Shown: positions 62,626 to 64,000 of the stretch, piece after piece
Layout of the letters: every line of letters begins with the position of its first letter
How positions within the stretch are numbered: position 1 is the stretch's first letter
From: Mytilus trossulus
Lineage: Eukaryota
Reading direction: 5' to 3'
Assembly: GCF_036588685.1 (NCBI RefSeq)
Contig: NC_086379.1
Location: forward strand, 74,710,001-74,774,000
Length of the DNA stretch: 64,000 nucleotides
The notes under the pieces: generated by a model
What the model was told of the DNA's origin: nothing
Database searches by the model: none
The model's input: the letters and a program-made list of their open reading frames with translations, nothing else
Made by a program: the position numbers and the translations under genes

Positions 62626-64000
62626 ATAAGATCAGCGGGGCATATATTTTATTACCATGGACATGTAGACATTCCCAATTTATTTCTCTTTTCTTTGTAA
62701 ATTTTCCCCATCATTCTCTATACTTTATTTATTTTAGCACCCCATCATTCTCCAATCTTGATATTTTGATAAGATGTTTCCTCTTGTCCTTACTTCTCTG
62801 ATTTCAAATATGCCGTTATTCCGATACTCTTTTGTATGAATGAAGGACAGTGCCAGAAAGTCACAGGACAAAAAGTCACAATTCATTTTTTCTGATTATT
62901 TTCCTTGAACAAAAAATACTTATTTCTATTCTTGAACTTTTGTATACAAACCAAATTTGTATACAAAAATTATCACAACATATCAAAGATGATCAAATAA
63001 TTGTTACAAAAAACAAAATGTCAAACTGGTTTGGCACTTAAATGGCTTCATGGTGCCAATAAGTCTTTCTTTTGTACATGTATTATCAAAATTTAATAAA
63101 TCTTCATTTTTCAAATATAATAACACATTTCGTAACTTTAATATGAATATATGTTTTAAAGATATTTCTCTCTATGCTGAGCCGGACTCAACTAGCTTAA
63201 CCAGGTGACTGCAATCGCAATCTCGATGAATATATAACGAACACAACTTGTTTTGATAAATTGTAATTAATATATTCCACCAGAAAGGTTACAAGTAGTC
63301 AGTAGATTGGTAAACTGAAAGAAATAAAAATACAATATTTTACAATGTGTACGAATTAAATATGAAAGTTAAATACAAGATTATTAATCGAGTCAAAAAC
63401 GAAAGTAGAATTTACAGTTCATTTCTCGGAATTAAATAACTTACAGTTCGTATGTATTTATAAATTACTTATCCAAATATAACGGAGTTAAACAGATTAA
63501 TTTTCACAGTTTATGATTGAATCAAACGTACTTGACAGTGGTATGTCTCGATTTCCTCAGAAAGTTAAAATGTCGTCCATTTCCATGTGTTGAAAATATT
63601 GAAGCGGACGGTGTCACATAAATTATAGGTAGTCGATAAATACGGTGATTTAAGAAATCGGTCCAGTTCAATTTGTTCCGGATAAATATGAATTATGTAA
63701 TAAAATTGAATATGGAACAGAATACTCTCATATATACAAACAATTATCAAAAGATTATTTCGGATTTTTTTTTGTCTTGTGATTTTTTATTCTACTAATT
63801 TTCTCTGATTTAGCATAATAAAAACCGGCAGAATGTTGTATGACATACATGTAGGAAGTAAAGTTTACAAGTAAGACAAATAGTCTATTCAACTCTATCT
63901 TTTTTTTAATTTAGAATGCCAAAGAGGAAAAGATGTAGAAATTAACAAATGGAGTTAAAAAGAGAGTAATCCTCGACCATGAACAGCTGTTGGTACCAGT

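Overview
AT-rich eukaryotic genomic DNA. The repeat content looks like a mytilid bivalve; this is inference from recognised repeat styles, not a database result. The whole window is the interior of one giant minus-strand gene that is open at both ends. I traced 39 GT-AG exons by hand from 61677 to 2181, with consistent phases, totalling about 6519 nt (about 2173 codons). They encode an SVEP1/Uninflatable-like extracellular mosaic protein: sushi - SEA-like spacer - 3x ephrin-receptor-like (GCC2/GCC3) - EGFs - PAN - WxxW - EGFs - pentraxin/LamG - HYR - sushi - RRKR-containing spacer - at least 10 ephrin-receptor-like repeats. The introns carry an intact piggyBac (598-aa transposase) nested in a Helentron-type non-autonomous element whose empty paralogue is in the same window. 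They also carry a decayed Kolobok element (THAP plus KolX/P2X7-ballast-like pseudogenes), many MITEs, a degenerate hammerhead ribozyme, several long-hairpin elements and a 9.7-kb 50-bp satellite with higher-order structure. The most unusual signal is that at least five introns begin with tandem copies of their own exon end plus 5' splice site. The largest is an 18-copy, in-frame 108-bp EGF/donor array in which a donor variant (GTTAGT) doubles as a stop codon.
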